DNA from: Bacilli bacterium
Lineage (GTDB): Bacteria > Bacillota_I > Bacilli_A > RFN20 > CAG-826
Length of the DNA stretch: 64,000 nt
Direction of reading: 5' to 3'
NCBI GenBank assembly: GCA_045615545.1
Contig: JAZLFA010000040.1
Coordinates: forward strand, 13,667 to 77,666
Every line of letters begins with the position of its first letter. Positions within the stretch are counted from its first letter, which is position 1. The translations under genes and the position numbers were made by a program. Positions 49,118 through 58,647 of the stretch are shown piece after piece. Under the pieces are notes generated by a model. The model had not been told where the DNA came from. It ran no database searches and saw only the letters and a list, made by a program, of their open reading frames with translations.

Positions 49118-49273
49118 ATAAGCGGGCAACCGCTTTTTCTTTAACAAAAAAAGCAAGAAGACAGTCCCCACTTCAAATCACTTGTGATTAAGTGGTGGGA
49201 GCTAGTATGTCACTAATTTAAATCAAAAAGAAAAAGTCCACCATGGACTTTTCTATTATAGATATTATTAATA

Positions 49274-49630
49274 CTATTCAGATACTTTGGCATCAACCAC
49301 TTCTTCGGTCTTATTTCTAGCAAGACGAGCAGCACGTCTTTGTGTTTTCTCATAATCACGATCAACATTTTTCGCATAGATAATTAAGACAACAACAGCG
49401 CATGTAACAGCGATTGCCATGAGAATTAAGCCCCAGCCAAAGAAAGAAAGACCAAAAAGGTTTTTTATCACATTACTCGCTTGGAGTAATTGATTGTCTT
49501 TAAGAGGAAGCGCTAAATTGTCAGCTACTAAGCCAAGAATGGTATAGGTAAATCCCCATAAAAATAATGCGCCATTAATTAGGTACCAGACAATTTCAAA
49601 TTTTGATAATTTTCCTTTAGTTTTATTCAT
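49274..49630 (-). CDS. Small two-TM membrane protein, unknown function
   Basis: 118 aa with two hydrophobic helices and a basic C-terminal tail. Confidence 0.4.
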   Translation of the reverse strand: MNKTKGKLSKFEIVWYLINGALFLWGFTYTILGLVADNLALPLKDNQLLQASNVIKNLFGLSFFGWGLILMAIAVTCAVVVLIIYAKNVDRDYEKTQRRAARLARNKTEEVVDAKVSE

Positions 49631-49654
49631 AATGTCTCTCCTTTAGTTAAGCTA

Positions 49655-50515
49655 TTAAGCTTCAGGAACTTCTTCCTTCTTATTTTCGTTATTTTTCTTG
49701 ATGGTTTCAAGCATTTCTTTTAATGCTGCATCATAAGATGCTTGGTATTCAGGTGCAATTTTGTTAATTGCATTTGAGAAATTTTCCATTGAGGCCTTAA
49801 AGAAATCAGCGAATGGTTTGCCATCTCTTCTTTCTCTTCTACCTTCAGTCATTTCGATAAGCTCGATGTTATCATCCATGATATCAAGTGTCTCATTATC
49901 AGTGCAGTGAGCGTGGGCTCTTACAAATCTGATCATTGTGGCCATCTTGCTTAACTCATTTTGAACGATGTAATTACTTTGTGGAGTAGCTTGTCCTTTA
50001 CTCTCACCCATTACTTTTTGGAATTCTGAGAAACTCTTTTGGTATTCTTGCATTACTAAGTAAGACTTAAGTAAGCGGTCAAACCTTTCATCTAAGTTAA
50101 CAAGTTTAGCAGTAATTTCTTCAACTTGTCCTTTACTTCTTGCAAAGTTAACGTGGGAATAAAGAATATCTCTTAATGTTTCACTTAAATAAATAACATA
50201 GTCATAAATTTTTTGATGTTGTGTATGATCTACACGAATTTTGTCATCAGCAGTTTTGACTAAAACAGTAGAATCTTCCCCATAGATTTCTTTTAAAAAT
50301 TCTTGATACTTCTCTTTAAATTGAGTAAGTTTTTCAGCATTATCTTCAATAAACTTTCCTAAGAAAGATTTATTATCAGTAATACTTGTTAAAATAGTTT
50401 TTCTTTGATCATATGACTTCACTTCGTGTTCTTTAGGAAGCACAAATTCCATTGTGTCTCTCAAAGTTTTTAACACGTGACATATGTCAAAGATGCATTG
50501 ACTAGCGTTGTTCAT
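49655..50515 (-). CDS. Hypothetical helical/coiled-coil protein
   Basis: 286 aa with no recognisable motifs. Stop-start overlap with the upstream HAD gene. Confidence 0.45.
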   Translation of the reverse strand: MNNASQCIFDICHVLKTLRDTMEFVLPKEHEVKSYDQRKTILTSITDNKSFLGKFIEDNAEKLTQFKEKYQEFLKEIYGEDSTVLVKTADDKIRVDHTQHQKIYDYVIYLSETLRDILYSHVNFARSKGQVEEITAKLVNLDERFDRLLKSYLVMQEYQKSFSEFQKVMGESKGQATPQSNYIVQNELSKMATMIRFVRAHAHCTDNETLDIMDDNIELIEMTEGRRERRDGKPFADFFKASMENFSNAINKIAPEYQASYDAALKEMLETIKKNNENKKEEVPEA

Positions 50516-50517
50516 AA

Positions 50518-51390
50518 TTATTTTTCTCCTTTATGCAACACAAGTTTACGTAACTGGTAAACTCCGTAAATAACATGCGACGCATATTTCTTCACAGATG
50601 GATAGGCTTTATACATCACATAACTATTTTCATGATAAGCATTGAACATGGAAATATCATTACCACTATCGCCAACAACATAAACATCTTTTGGATCGGC
50701 TTTTAAATAGTCGCAATAATATTTTACACCATAACCTTTATTACAGTTAACAGGAGTTAATTCATTAACTATACTGCTCCAAGAAGATTCAACATCGGGA
50801 TAATTTTCACGGATGCGTTTATTAATTTCTTTAGCGATATCAGAATTTTTCTTACGAATACCAAAAAATAACATTATTTTATATACTCTGCCATCAGTAA
50901 ATTGGGACATGAATCTTTCATTATCAATAACCCAATCTTCTTTACGTTTGAACATAAAGAAACCATACAAAGCGTAAAAAGCAAGCATGATTGCAGAACT
51001 ACGATTTCGATAAATTAAGAAAGGTTGTTCTTTTGCATTCATTAAAAAGGCTTTTGGCTTATATTTTATTCTTAATTCTTCAATATCACTTTTTAGCTTT
51101 GGATTCATCGCAACATCACGAATTGGTTTTCCATCGCAAGTAATATAAGCAGAAGAATAGGAAATACAATCAAAAGGTCTTTGTATTTCTTTTTCAAGCT
51201 TTTTACAGTATTCTGGCGGACGAGATGTAACAAGTACTAAACGATTACCGGCATCAATCCATTCACGAAGGAATTTACAATTTCTTCTACTGATGTATCG
51301 AAATAAAGCAAACGATTTTAATAATGTTCCATCAAGGTCAGTACAAAGTATCTTTTGGCTCATAATGTATACATTATACACGATAAACAA
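50518..51390 (-). CDS. HAD-superfamily (Cof-like) hydrolase
   Basis: Motif I LCTDLDGTLL, VTSR, VVGDSGNDISMF. The start may instead be the internal MSQK at 51363. Confidence 0.6.
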   Translation of the reverse strand: MFIVYNVYIMSQKILCTDLDGTLLKSFALFRYISRRNCKFLREWIDAGNRLVLVTSRPPEYCKKLEKEIQRPFDCISYSSAYITCDGKPIRDVAMNPKLKSDIEELRIKYKPKAFLMNAKEQPFLIYRNRSSAIMLAFYALYGFFMFKRKEDWVIDNERFMSQFTDGRVYKIMLFFGIRKKNSDIAKEINKRIRENYPDVESSWSSIVNELTPVNCNKGYGVKYYCDYLKADPKDVYVVGDSGNDISMFNAYHENSYVMYKAYPSVKKYASHVIYGVYQLRKLVLHKGEK

Positions 51391-51399
51391 AAATTGAAA

Positions 51400-51430
51400 A
51401 GAAAAAAAGGAGGAACAATGTCCTCCTTAA
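51400..51430 (-). terminator. Rho-independent terminator of hpf: AAGGAGGA-cattgt-TCCTCCTT followed by a T-run on the minus strand
   Basis: 8-bp stem followed by TTTTTTTCTTTTC on the minus strand, directly 3' of hpf. Confidence 0.5.
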
Positions 51431-51446
51431 ACTATTTTGAGACTAA

Positions 51447-51998
51447 TTATTGTTTAATTGGATTTTCAGCTTGAATAACACCATATCCACCATCATTACG
51501 AATATAAACAACAGAGATACGATCATCTTCTTCATCTAAATAAACAAAGAAGTTATGTCCTAAAGCTTCCATTCTTGTAATAGCATCTTCGATGCTCATT
51601 GGATCGAGGTAATAAGATTTTGTTCTAACAATAACATCTTCCTCACTTCCCTCTTCTCCTTCAACTTGATCGAAGTTAATGTCATGAGACAATCCCAAAC
51701 GAGCATTGCTACGATCCATTCTAGTCTTTAGCTTACGCATTTGACCTTCGAGCTTATCAACCGCTAAATCAATAGCAGCGTATAAGTCTGCATTTTCGAC
51801 TTCAGCACGAAGTTTGATTTGAGGTAGGAAAATAGTAATTTCAACTTTTTGAACGCCAACATGTGCACTACAAACAGCGCGGCATTCAACATCTTCGTTG
51901 ATCAGGAAATACTTTTCCATTCTCGCTGTCTTTTTTTCAATGGCAGCAGAAATCCCTTCGGTGATTTCGATGTTTTTTCCGATAATTTGGTACTTCAT
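51447..51998 (-). CDS. hpf: Ribosome hibernation promoting factor (long HPF)
   Basis: Start at MKYQIIGKNIEITEGI, which has an AAGGAGA RBS. S30AE N-domain plus a C-terminal dimerisation domain. Confidence 0.85.
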   Translation of the reverse strand: MKYQIIGKNIEITEGISAAIEKKTARMEKYFLINEDVECRAVCSAHVGVQKVEITIFLPQIKLRAEVENADLYAAIDLAVDKLEGQMRKLKTRMDRSNARLGLSHDINFDQVEGEEGSEEDVIVRTKSYYLDPMSIEDAITRMEALGHNFFVYLDEEDDRISVVYIRNDGGYGVIQAENPIKQ

Positions 51999-52075
51999 AA
52001 TATATTTTCTCCTTTCCAAAATTTATTACGGAGAGGTCTACATTTTTATTATAAAAGATAGAATAGATAATTTCA

Positions 52076-53245
52076 TTAATTATCTTTAGTTAATAGTTCT
52101 TTTATGATATCAACCTTATCTAATTTCTCCCAAGGAAGAGATAAATCTGGTCTTCCAAAATGACCATAGGTTGCCAAATCTTCATACTTAAAAGATGGAT
52201 TTGTTAATTTGAATGCCTTACAAATCATTCCTGGTCTAGCATCAAATACATGGCGAATTATTTTTAATATTTTTTCATCATCATATTTACCAGTACCAAA
52301 TGTTTTAATACCAATTGAGATAGGTTCATTAACTCCGATAGCATATGCTAATTGAACTTCCATCCTATCAGAAACTCCAGCAGCAACTAAGTTCTTGGCA
52401 ATGTATCTAGCGTAGTAAGCGGCTGTTCTATCAACTTTGGTTGGATCTTTCCCAGAAAAAGCACCACCACCATGGCTAGCTGTACCGCCATATGTATCAA
52501 CAATTAATTTTCTTCCAGTTAAACCAGTATCACCTTTTGGCCCACCAATTACAAATGAACCAGTTGGATTAATTAAATATTTAAAATCAGCATTTAAGTT
52601 AAATGATTTTGCTACCTTAACCATAATCTCATCATGAATATATTTTTTAAATAGATCCATATCAATATCAGGGTCATGAGAAACAGACATTAAAATTGTG
52701 TCGATTTTTATATTATTAGTATTTGAATAATCAATAGTAACTTGTGACTTCATATCAGGCCTTGAATGAAGAAATTTTCCTTCATGTCTAAGTCTACTTG
52801 CTTCACGAACTAACTTATGGGCAATCGAAATAGGAAGAGGCATATAACCACTTGTTTCATTCGTCGCGTAACCAAACATCATTCCTTGGTCTCCCGCTCC
52901 TACTTTTTCTGCCTCATTTTGACTTACACCTAATGAGATATCTGGGCTTTGCCCTTTGATTAAATTAATAATCTTAACGTTATGATAATCAGTGCCTAAT
53001 TCCAAAGAATCATACCCAATCTTTTTTAATACATTTTTTGCAATTTCCTCACAATTTGGTAGAGATTTGCAGGTAATTTCGCCTCCAATAATGATTGTGT
53101 TATCACTGGCAAAAGTCTCACAAGCCACTCTTGCTTTTGGATCAATTGCTAAGCATGCATCAAGTATCGCATCACTAATTTGATCGCATACTTTATCTGG
53201 ATGTCCTTCACTAACAGATTCACTAGTAAATAAAATCTTTTCCAT
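52076..53245 (-). CDS. metK: S-adenosylmethionine synthetase
   Basis: Start at MEKILFTSESVSEGHPDK with a GGAG RBS. GHPDK, GAGDQG and DTYGG motifs. Confidence 0.9.
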   Translation of the reverse strand: MEKILFTSESVSEGHPDKVCDQISDAILDACLAIDPKARVACETFASDNTIIIGGEITCKSLPNCEEIAKNVLKKIGYDSLELGTDYHNVKIINLIKGQSPDISLGVSQNEAEKVGAGDQGMMFGYATNETSGYMPLPISIAHKLVREASRLRHEGKFLHSRPDMKSQVTIDYSNTNNIKIDTILMSVSHDPDIDMDLFKKYIHDEIMVKVAKSFNLNADFKYLINPTGSFVIGGPKGDTGLTGRKLIVDTYGGTASHGGGAFSGKDPTKVDRTAAYYARYIAKNLVAAGVSDRMEVQLAYAIGVNEPISIGIKTFGTGKYDDEKILKIIRHVFDARPGMICKAFKLTNPSFKYEDLATYGHFGRPDLSLPWEKLDKVDIIKELLTKDN

Positions 53246-53261
53246 AACGTATCTCCATGAA

Positions 53262-53412
53262 AATAAAAGCTTCCCCATAGACGGGGAAACTTTTGAAATT
53301 TGTTTCCTTACTCATCGTTCGAAGCTATGGGACTTCGCTAGAGAGGGCACTTACTCTTTTCGAGAGTTGCCACTGCATTTTTTCATCTCAATTATGCAGT
53401 TCTTGATAAGCA
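53262..53412 (-). promoter_or_regulatory. S-box (SAM-I-like) riboswitch leader with intrinsic terminator, upstream of metK
   Basis: On the minus strand the leader reads CTTATCAAGA...ACTGCA-(GATGAAA)-TGCAGT GGCAAC ... CGAAG-n-CTTCG AACGATGAG, then terminator TTCCCCGTCTATGGGGAA + TTTTATTTT. The P1 halves CTTATC/GATGAG, a four-helix layout and the GCAAC junction resemble SAM-I, but the canonical GGAGGGA/GGCCC P2 is not present. Confidence 0.45.
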
Positions 53413-53433
53413 ATTTAATTATAAGATTATTAT

Positions 53434-53688
53434 CTATTTTTTCAATAGATGTTTTTTAATTCCTTGCGCCATTTGATCTGGGCAAGATGTTGGACGTGGA
53501 CCACAATGAATTCCTTCAAGTTTTTCCACAACTGTTTCAAGTTTAAGCCCAACTATTAGTGAACATATACCCTGAAGATTACCATTACAACCGCCAATAA
53601 CATAAGCAGAAGTAACGATTCCTTCATCGTTATATTCAATATGCATTTCCTTAGAACAAACGTTCTGAGGTTGAAACACTAATTCCAT
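53434..53688 (-). CDS. TSCPD-domain protein (TIGR03905-like)
   Basis: 84 aa with the conserved CGPRPTSCPDQ motif plus GGCNGN. Confidence 0.6.
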   Translation of the reverse strand: MELVFQPQNVCSKEMHIEYNDEGIVTSAYVIGGCNGNLQGICSLIVGLKLETVVEKLEGIHCGPRPTSCPDQMAQGIKKHLLKK

Positions 53689-54290
53689 TATTTAATTAGC
53701 TTTCCGTAAACAACGCCACCAGCGTTTGCAGCGTTACATTCATCAGTATCAATGTGACAAGCAAGAGCGAAGTCATCTCTAACTCTAACAACTACATCAC
53801 CAAAGATTAAGCTTCTGCCTGGTGTATTAACTTCAAGCTTAACGATATCACCATTTTTAACACCAAATTCTGCTGCATCAGCATTTGTCATATGAATATG
53901 ACGTTTAGCAATAATAACTCCTTCAGTAAGTTCAACGCTTCCAGCAGGACCCACTAATTTACATGGAGCACTACCAGCGATATCACCACTTTCTCTAACT
54001 GGAGCTTTAACACCTAAAGTTCTAGCATCAGTAGCGGCTAATTCAACTTGGTTTACTTTTCTTACTGGTCCTAAGATAGAAACACCTTTTAGAACAGTTT
54101 CTTCTTTAGCACCTGTAACTTTGTTAATTTTATAACCAACTACATCAATTCTAGTGGTAGAAACAAATTGTCCAGGTTGTGATAAATTAGCTCTAACTTC
54201 TAATGTAGCGCCTTTACCACATAATTGTTCTAATGTTTCTTGTGTGACATGAATATGTCTTGCACTTGTTTCAACTAATATTTCTTTCAT
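53688..54290 (-). CDS. PduL-type phosphate acyltransferase (phosphotransacetylase analogue)
   Basis: 200 aa. Two PduL-like half-domains with ARHIH at residues 10-14 and HIHM / ACHID metal-site-like motifs. Length matches PduL. Confidence 0.6.
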   Translation of the reverse strand: MKEILVETSARHIHVTQETLEQLCGKGATLEVRANLSQPGQFVSTTRIDVVGYKINKVTGAKEETVLKGVSILGPVRKVNQVELAATDARTLGVKAPVRESGDIAGSAPCKLVGPAGSVELTEGVIIAKRHIHMTNADAAEFGVKNGDIVKLEVNTPGRSLIFGDVVVRVRDDFALACHIDTDECNAANAGGVVYGKLIK

Positions 54291-54402
54291 AAAAATACCC
54301 TCTATTTAACTTGTATTGTAGCACAGTAAAAAACGATATTCATTATATACGCAAAAATATTTATTGTTGCCATTTTATTAAAATGAGTTTATAAAGTTAG
54401 GG

Positions 54403-55836
54403 ATGGAAAAAGAAGAACTCACATTATTAATTAATGAACTCACCGAAAATAGAAATGCGAAGAAAATAAGAGAATTGTTCGAAATCACTCCTACTATTGA
54501 TATCGCAGATGCATTAGATGAGGAAGAAGACGTTGCTAAACTCTTATTTATAATTAGAAGCATTGGCAGCGAATTTTCTGCTGATTTCTTTAGTGAGTTA
54601 ACTCAAGATCAACAAGAATTAATTATTAATGCTTTTACTGATAAAGAATTACTAACAATGTTAGAGAACTCTTTTACTGATGATATTGTTGATGCAATGG
54701 AAGAAATGCCAGCCAATATGGTTAGCCGTATTTTAAAGATTGCACCAAAAGAGTTAAGAAAAGATATTAACACCCTCCTTAAATATGAAGATGACACTGC
54801 CGGAAGCGTCATGACGACAGAATATTTTGATATCAAAGAAACATTAACTGTTAAACAAGCAATTAAAACAATTAGAGAAAAAGGCAAAGATGCCGCTAGT
54901 GTTTACACTATATTTATTAGAGATGATACAAGAACGATGGTTGGTACTGTTAACCTTGATGATTTAATCTTTGCCAATGAAGATGAACAAATCTCTGAAA
55001 TTATGGACCGCAACTTTGTTGTCTGTGATGTGCACACAGACCAAGAAGAAGTTGCTAATATGTTCAAACGTTACGATCTTAACGCTATGGCAGTTGTAAA
55101 TAAAGAAAATAAAATCATTGGTATTATCACCATCGATGACGTTGTTGATATTATCGTTGAAGAAGCTAGTGAAGATATCGCTAAATTAAATAATGTTACA
55201 CCTGTTGAAGATGAATATTTAAAAACACCTATTTATAAATTAGTAATTAAGTGTGCTCCATGGATTTTAGTATTGATGATATTACAAATCTTCTCTACAT
55301 TAATTCTTTCAAACTTTGATAACGTCTTATCCCAATTCATCATTCTTACCGTATTCACTCCATTAATTATGGATGCAGGCGGAAACTCCGGTGGGCAAAC
55401 AACAACACTTATAGTGCGCGCGCTCGCCTTAGATGAGTTTGATAAGGGTGATTTTAAACGTGTGATTTGGAAAGAATTGCGTACAGCTTTTGTGATTGCA
55501 TTAATTGTTGCAACATTCTCGTTCTGTTGGTTGTTATTCGAAATAAATACTGGCATAGTTTCAACAGAAGAAGTTCTTAAACTATATCCAGGATTATCCA
55601 CTGTTCAAATCTCACTTGTTGTTGGTGGTTTAGTATCTTCAACATTATTCGTCACAATGATCATTTCCAGATTAGTTGGTGTGTGCTTACCATTCTTAGC
55701 TAAACTATTAAAAAGAGATCCTGCTGTTATGTGCGGACCTCTTACCACTACTATAGTAGATATTGTTTCTTTATTAACTTATTTCGTCTTGTGGGTATTT
55801 GTGTTCGCTCCAATATTAGGCGTACACATTGTTTAA
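54403..55836 (+). CDS. mgtE: Magnesium transporter MgtE
   Basis: 477 aa. N-domain, tandem CBS domains and a five-TM MgtE integral membrane domain (GGNSGGQ motif). Confidence 0.85.
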   Translation: MEKEELTLLINELTENRNAKKIRELFEITPTIDIADALDEEEDVAKLLFIIRSIGSEFSADFFSELTQDQQELIINAFTDKELLTMLENSFTDDIVDAMEEMPANMVSRILKIAPKELRKDINTLLKYEDDTAGSVMTTEYFDIKETLTVKQAIKTIREKGKDAASVYTIFIRDDTRTMVGTVNLDDLIFANEDEQISEIMDRNFVVCDVHTDQEEVANMFKRYDLNAMAVVNKENKIIGIITIDDVVDIIVEEASEDIAKLNNVTPVEDEYLKTPIYKLVIKCAPWILVLMILQIFSTLILSNFDNVLSQFIILTVFTPLIMDAGGNSGGQTTTLIVRALALDEFDKGDFKRVIWKELRTAFVIALIVATFSFCWLLFEINTGIVSTEEVLKLYPGLSTVQISLVVGGLVSSTLFVTMIISRLVGVCLPFLAKLLKRDPAVMCGPLTTTIVDIVSLLTYFVLWVFVFAPILGVHIV

Positions 55837-55844
55837 TTGTAATT

Positions 55845-57872
55845 CTAATTATTAGTTAATTCTTCCTCGTGGGAGAATTTTTTTCTATATATATAGCCAC
55901 CAATGCCAAAAACAACAACACTTCCCATACCAACATAAAAGAATGGTTCTAATATTCTAAATGTTTTTGTGCGTTCAAACTTAACATTAAGTGTGTATTC
56001 ACCTTTTGGAAGTTCAAAGCTCACTAATCCATCTACATTTGTACCGCTAACCACCTCGTCATTAAAATAAGCAAAATAGCCATCTTGATAAAATTGTGGT
56101 AACTGCACAAGTGCAGTATCGCTTGTAACATTCGCGCTAAAAGTAACATTAGGTGTATTTAATTCAGTAATAGTAAGTTCTCCATTACCACTAATAAAGG
56201 CAGGGTTTATATATTCTTCCATTGTGTATATAAAACGCGAATATGAACGTACGCGATTAAAAATATTGTTATATAAAGAGTTTTCGGCTGGAACATATCC
56301 ATCTTGATAGAAAACTTGTGGAACCATTTCATTTTGAGCCCCGCTATAATAAATAGTCTTAAGCCAATCTTCGTCAGCTACTTGATATAGACCAATATCA
56401 TTTTCATAAGCTTCTCTTTTTTCAAATATAGGCATTGATAAAAGAATAAAGAATGAAGCAATAACACCACTAATTGCATAAGTGTATTTATATTGTTTGA
56501 GTTCATTTATAACAATTAACGCCAAGTAGAATAAGAAGAAATATAAAAACCCAAATAATCTCCACGCAAATTGCGCACTATAGAAAACTGATGGAACAAA
56601 TTTCCACGCATCTCCAATAAAGATAAAAATTAAATTAATGATTATGCCAAAACAACAAAAATATATATCAGGATTTTTATATAACTTATCTTTAGTTATC
56701 GATACATCTTTATCTTTCTTTTTACTTCTAAATAAACAAATAAGTACAAAACATATATAACCAATTAATAAGGCGAAATAAAATTCACCTCTTTGCCAAA
56801 AGATTGCAGGAATTAAAAATAACACCACAAAATCAACAATATAACGATAATATTTATTATTTGGACACTTCTTAATAAAGCAATCGACGACATACATTAA
56901 AGCAAAGCAAATAAAATAAAGGAATAATCCAAATAACAATAAAGAGACTTTACTTGCTGTATATGGCGTTCCGAAAATCCAATACCAATTTAAAAAGCCA
57001 GAGAATGTCGCACTAGTTAAAGTTGATTGAGATACGTGATCAAAATTCGTCCACATTGCAACACTATCGCTTAAACGGAAGATGTTCATTCCTTGTGTAT
57101 GTAATGCAAGTGAAACATAAAACATTACTGAGATGCCAATAATTAATGCAGATATTGCTAAGTTAAGCGAAACATGTTTCCAACGTTTATAAATAATGAT
57201 TTTATATAAATTAATAATAATATAAATTCCACCAAAAATAGCGCTCATTAAAGCGGTAAATGGATGAGACAAAATTATCAAAACAGCTCCAACAATTAAA
57301 CATACATAAGGTGCAACATAATAACGATCATCATTAATGATTCGATACGCAGCATAAAACACCATTGGAATAAAGCTTAATGCTATTGTCTCGCTATACG
57401 CCTGACGGCATATTCCACAGAAGACTCTATATGGTAAGAAAATATAAAATACTGTGCAAATTACTGACAAAACAACATTCTTTTTACTAATTTGCATACT
57501 AAATAGATATGCGAATATCCCACTAACAATCGTGGTTAGCATAATCATTGTTTTATAAGCGCCAATGCTATTTGCCCCAGCACCAGAAAAGATAAATTGA
57601 ATCACCGCTGCAGCGTAGTGTGGGAAAGGCCCATAATAGCCATAATTATCAAGAGCAAAAATACCAAAAAATGTATGGTTAGTTGATAGTCTCCAATAAC
57701 CTTTTTTAAAAGATAAATAAAGATCTTCAATTTGCGCCAAATGAAAAACACGGTCATCGCCACTAGTGATACCATTAAATAGCAAAGTATATGCAGAAAA
57801 AATGCTTGCAAAAATAATAATTATCCATGGTAAGGAACGCAAAAATATATTCTTAAAATTAATATTTTTCAT
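55845..57872 (-). CDS. Large polytopic membrane protein, YfhO/PMT-like GT-C fold glycosyltransferase candidate
   Basis: Start moved to MKNINFKN so the ORF no longer overlaps tRNA-Leu. About 14 TM helices, a DD motif in the first extracytoplasmic loop (SGDDRVFH), a roughly 200-aa C-terminal extracytoplasmic domain and a final TM. Confidence 0.4.
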   Translation of the reverse strand: MKNINFKNIFLRSLPWIIIIFASIFSAYTLLFNGITSGDDRVFHLAQIEDLYLSFKKGYWRLSTNHTFFGIFALDNYGYYGPFPHYAAAVIQFIFSGAGANSIGAYKTMIMLTTIVSGIFAYLFSMQISKKNVVLSVICTVFYIFLPYRVFCGICRQAYSETIALSFIPMVFYAAYRIINDDRYYVAPYVCLIVGAVLIILSHPFTALMSAIFGGIYIIINLYKIIIYKRWKHVSLNLAISALIIGISVMFYVSLALHTQGMNIFRLSDSVAMWTNFDHVSQSTLTSATFSGFLNWYWIFGTPYTASKVSLLLFGLFLYFICFALMYVVDCFIKKCPNNKYYRYIVDFVVLFLIPAIFWQRGEFYFALLIGYICFVLICLFRSKKKDKDVSITKDKLYKNPDIYFCCFGIIINLIFIFIGDAWKFVPSVFYSAQFAWRLFGFLYFFLFYLALIVINELKQYKYTYAISGVIASFFILLSMPIFEKREAYENDIGLYQVADEDWLKTIYYSGAQNEMVPQVFYQDGYVPAENSLYNNIFNRVRSYSRFIYTMEEYINPAFISGNGELTITELNTPNVTFSANVTSDTALVQLPQFYQDGYFAYFNDEVVSGTNVDGLVSFELPKGEYTLNVKFERTKTFRILEPFFYVGMGSVVVFGIGGYIYRKKFSHEEELTNN

Positions 57873-57946
57873 AGAAAAATTATAAGTGTTTACAATTGTG
57901 CTTGTCAAAGAATAGTATTTTATTTTAGAATAAAGGGCACAAAGTT

Positions 57947-58031
57947 GCGCGAGTGGCGGAACTGGTAGACGCGTACGTTTGAGGGGCGTATAAGGAAACT
58001 TGTGTGAGTTCAATTCTCATCTCGCGCACCA
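57947..58031 (+). tRNA. tRNA-Leu (anticodon GAG)
   Basis: Class II tRNA with acceptor GCGCGAG/CTCGCGC, anticodon loop TTGAGGG, long variable arm, T-loop GAGTTCAATTCTC and encoded CCA. Confidence 0.8.
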
Positions 58032-58034
58032 TTA

Positions 58035-58061
58035 AAAATACTGAGTTATCTCAGTTTTTTT
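58035..58061 (+). terminator. Hairpin AAAAATACTGAG-ttat-CTCAGTTTTTTT
   Basis: Directly 3' of tRNA-Leu. Confidence 0.55.
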
Positions 58062-58098
58062 ATTTGTAAAATATTAGCAACTAAATTATATTTATATT

Positions 58099-58608
58099 AT
58101 GAAATTCTTTAGAAAAGAAAATATCTTATTCATTAGATTATTTGCATCTATTCTTGCCTTACTATCAATTATTACAATATTTTTTACCCAATTAACTTGG
58201 GAATTAGGTGATCCATCAATTCATAGCGAACTATATCGCTTTTCATTTGTTGATGTCGCGTTTGGTAAGATTACATATGATGGCATCATTACGCACATTT
58301 ATTATTATGGAAATAAAACAGTTCTTTGGGGTTATATATTATTAGGATTAGGGGCACTTCTAGGTTTATTTCAATCATTTAAAGAGGAGAAAGGAAATAA
58401 AACTGTTAAAATGATGTGCGATATTCTCACTAATCTATTACTTATTGGTGGAGGTATTTTATTGCTTCTACAAAGAGACGCTTTTATTAATAGTAATATT
58501 GGCTACGTTGATAATACAGTTCAATTAGCGGCTTCTCCAATCGTTGGCGCAGTTGCTAGTTTTACTGCAAGTGTCGGAATTACTATGGGAATAATCATTG
58601 ATAAATAA
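58099..58608 (+). CDS. Small four-TM membrane protein, unknown function
   Basis: 169 aa with four hydrophobic helices. Confidence 0.4.
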   Translation: MKFFRKENILFIRLFASILALLSIITIFFTQLTWELGDPSIHSELYRFSFVDVAFGKITYDGIITHIYYYGNKTVLWGYILLGLGALLGLFQSFKEEKGNKTVKMMCDILTNLLLIGGGILLLLQRDAFINSNIGYVDNTVQLAASPIVGAVASFTASVGITMGIIIDK

Positions 58609-58647
58609 TTATTATTCATTAAAATATTTAACTAAGGGGGATTAAGA

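Noticed and set aside
53246-53278. Eleven-codon N-terminal extension of metK (MGKLLFSWRYV)
   Set aside because: Lies within the riboswitch terminator hairpin. The ATG at 53245 has the GGAG RBS and gives the canonical MetK N-terminus.
54291-54402. M-box (ykoK) Mg riboswitch upstream of mgtE
   Set aside because: The leader is only about 110 nt and lacks the conserved M-box helices and sequence blocks. Only an AT-rich promoter region was seen.
57873-58013. N-terminal 47 codons of the 722-aa ORF-track ORF
   Set aside because: They overlap the plus-strand tRNA-Leu (57947-58031). The internal Met at 57872 gives a sensible TM-first N-terminus, so the extension is a frame artefact.
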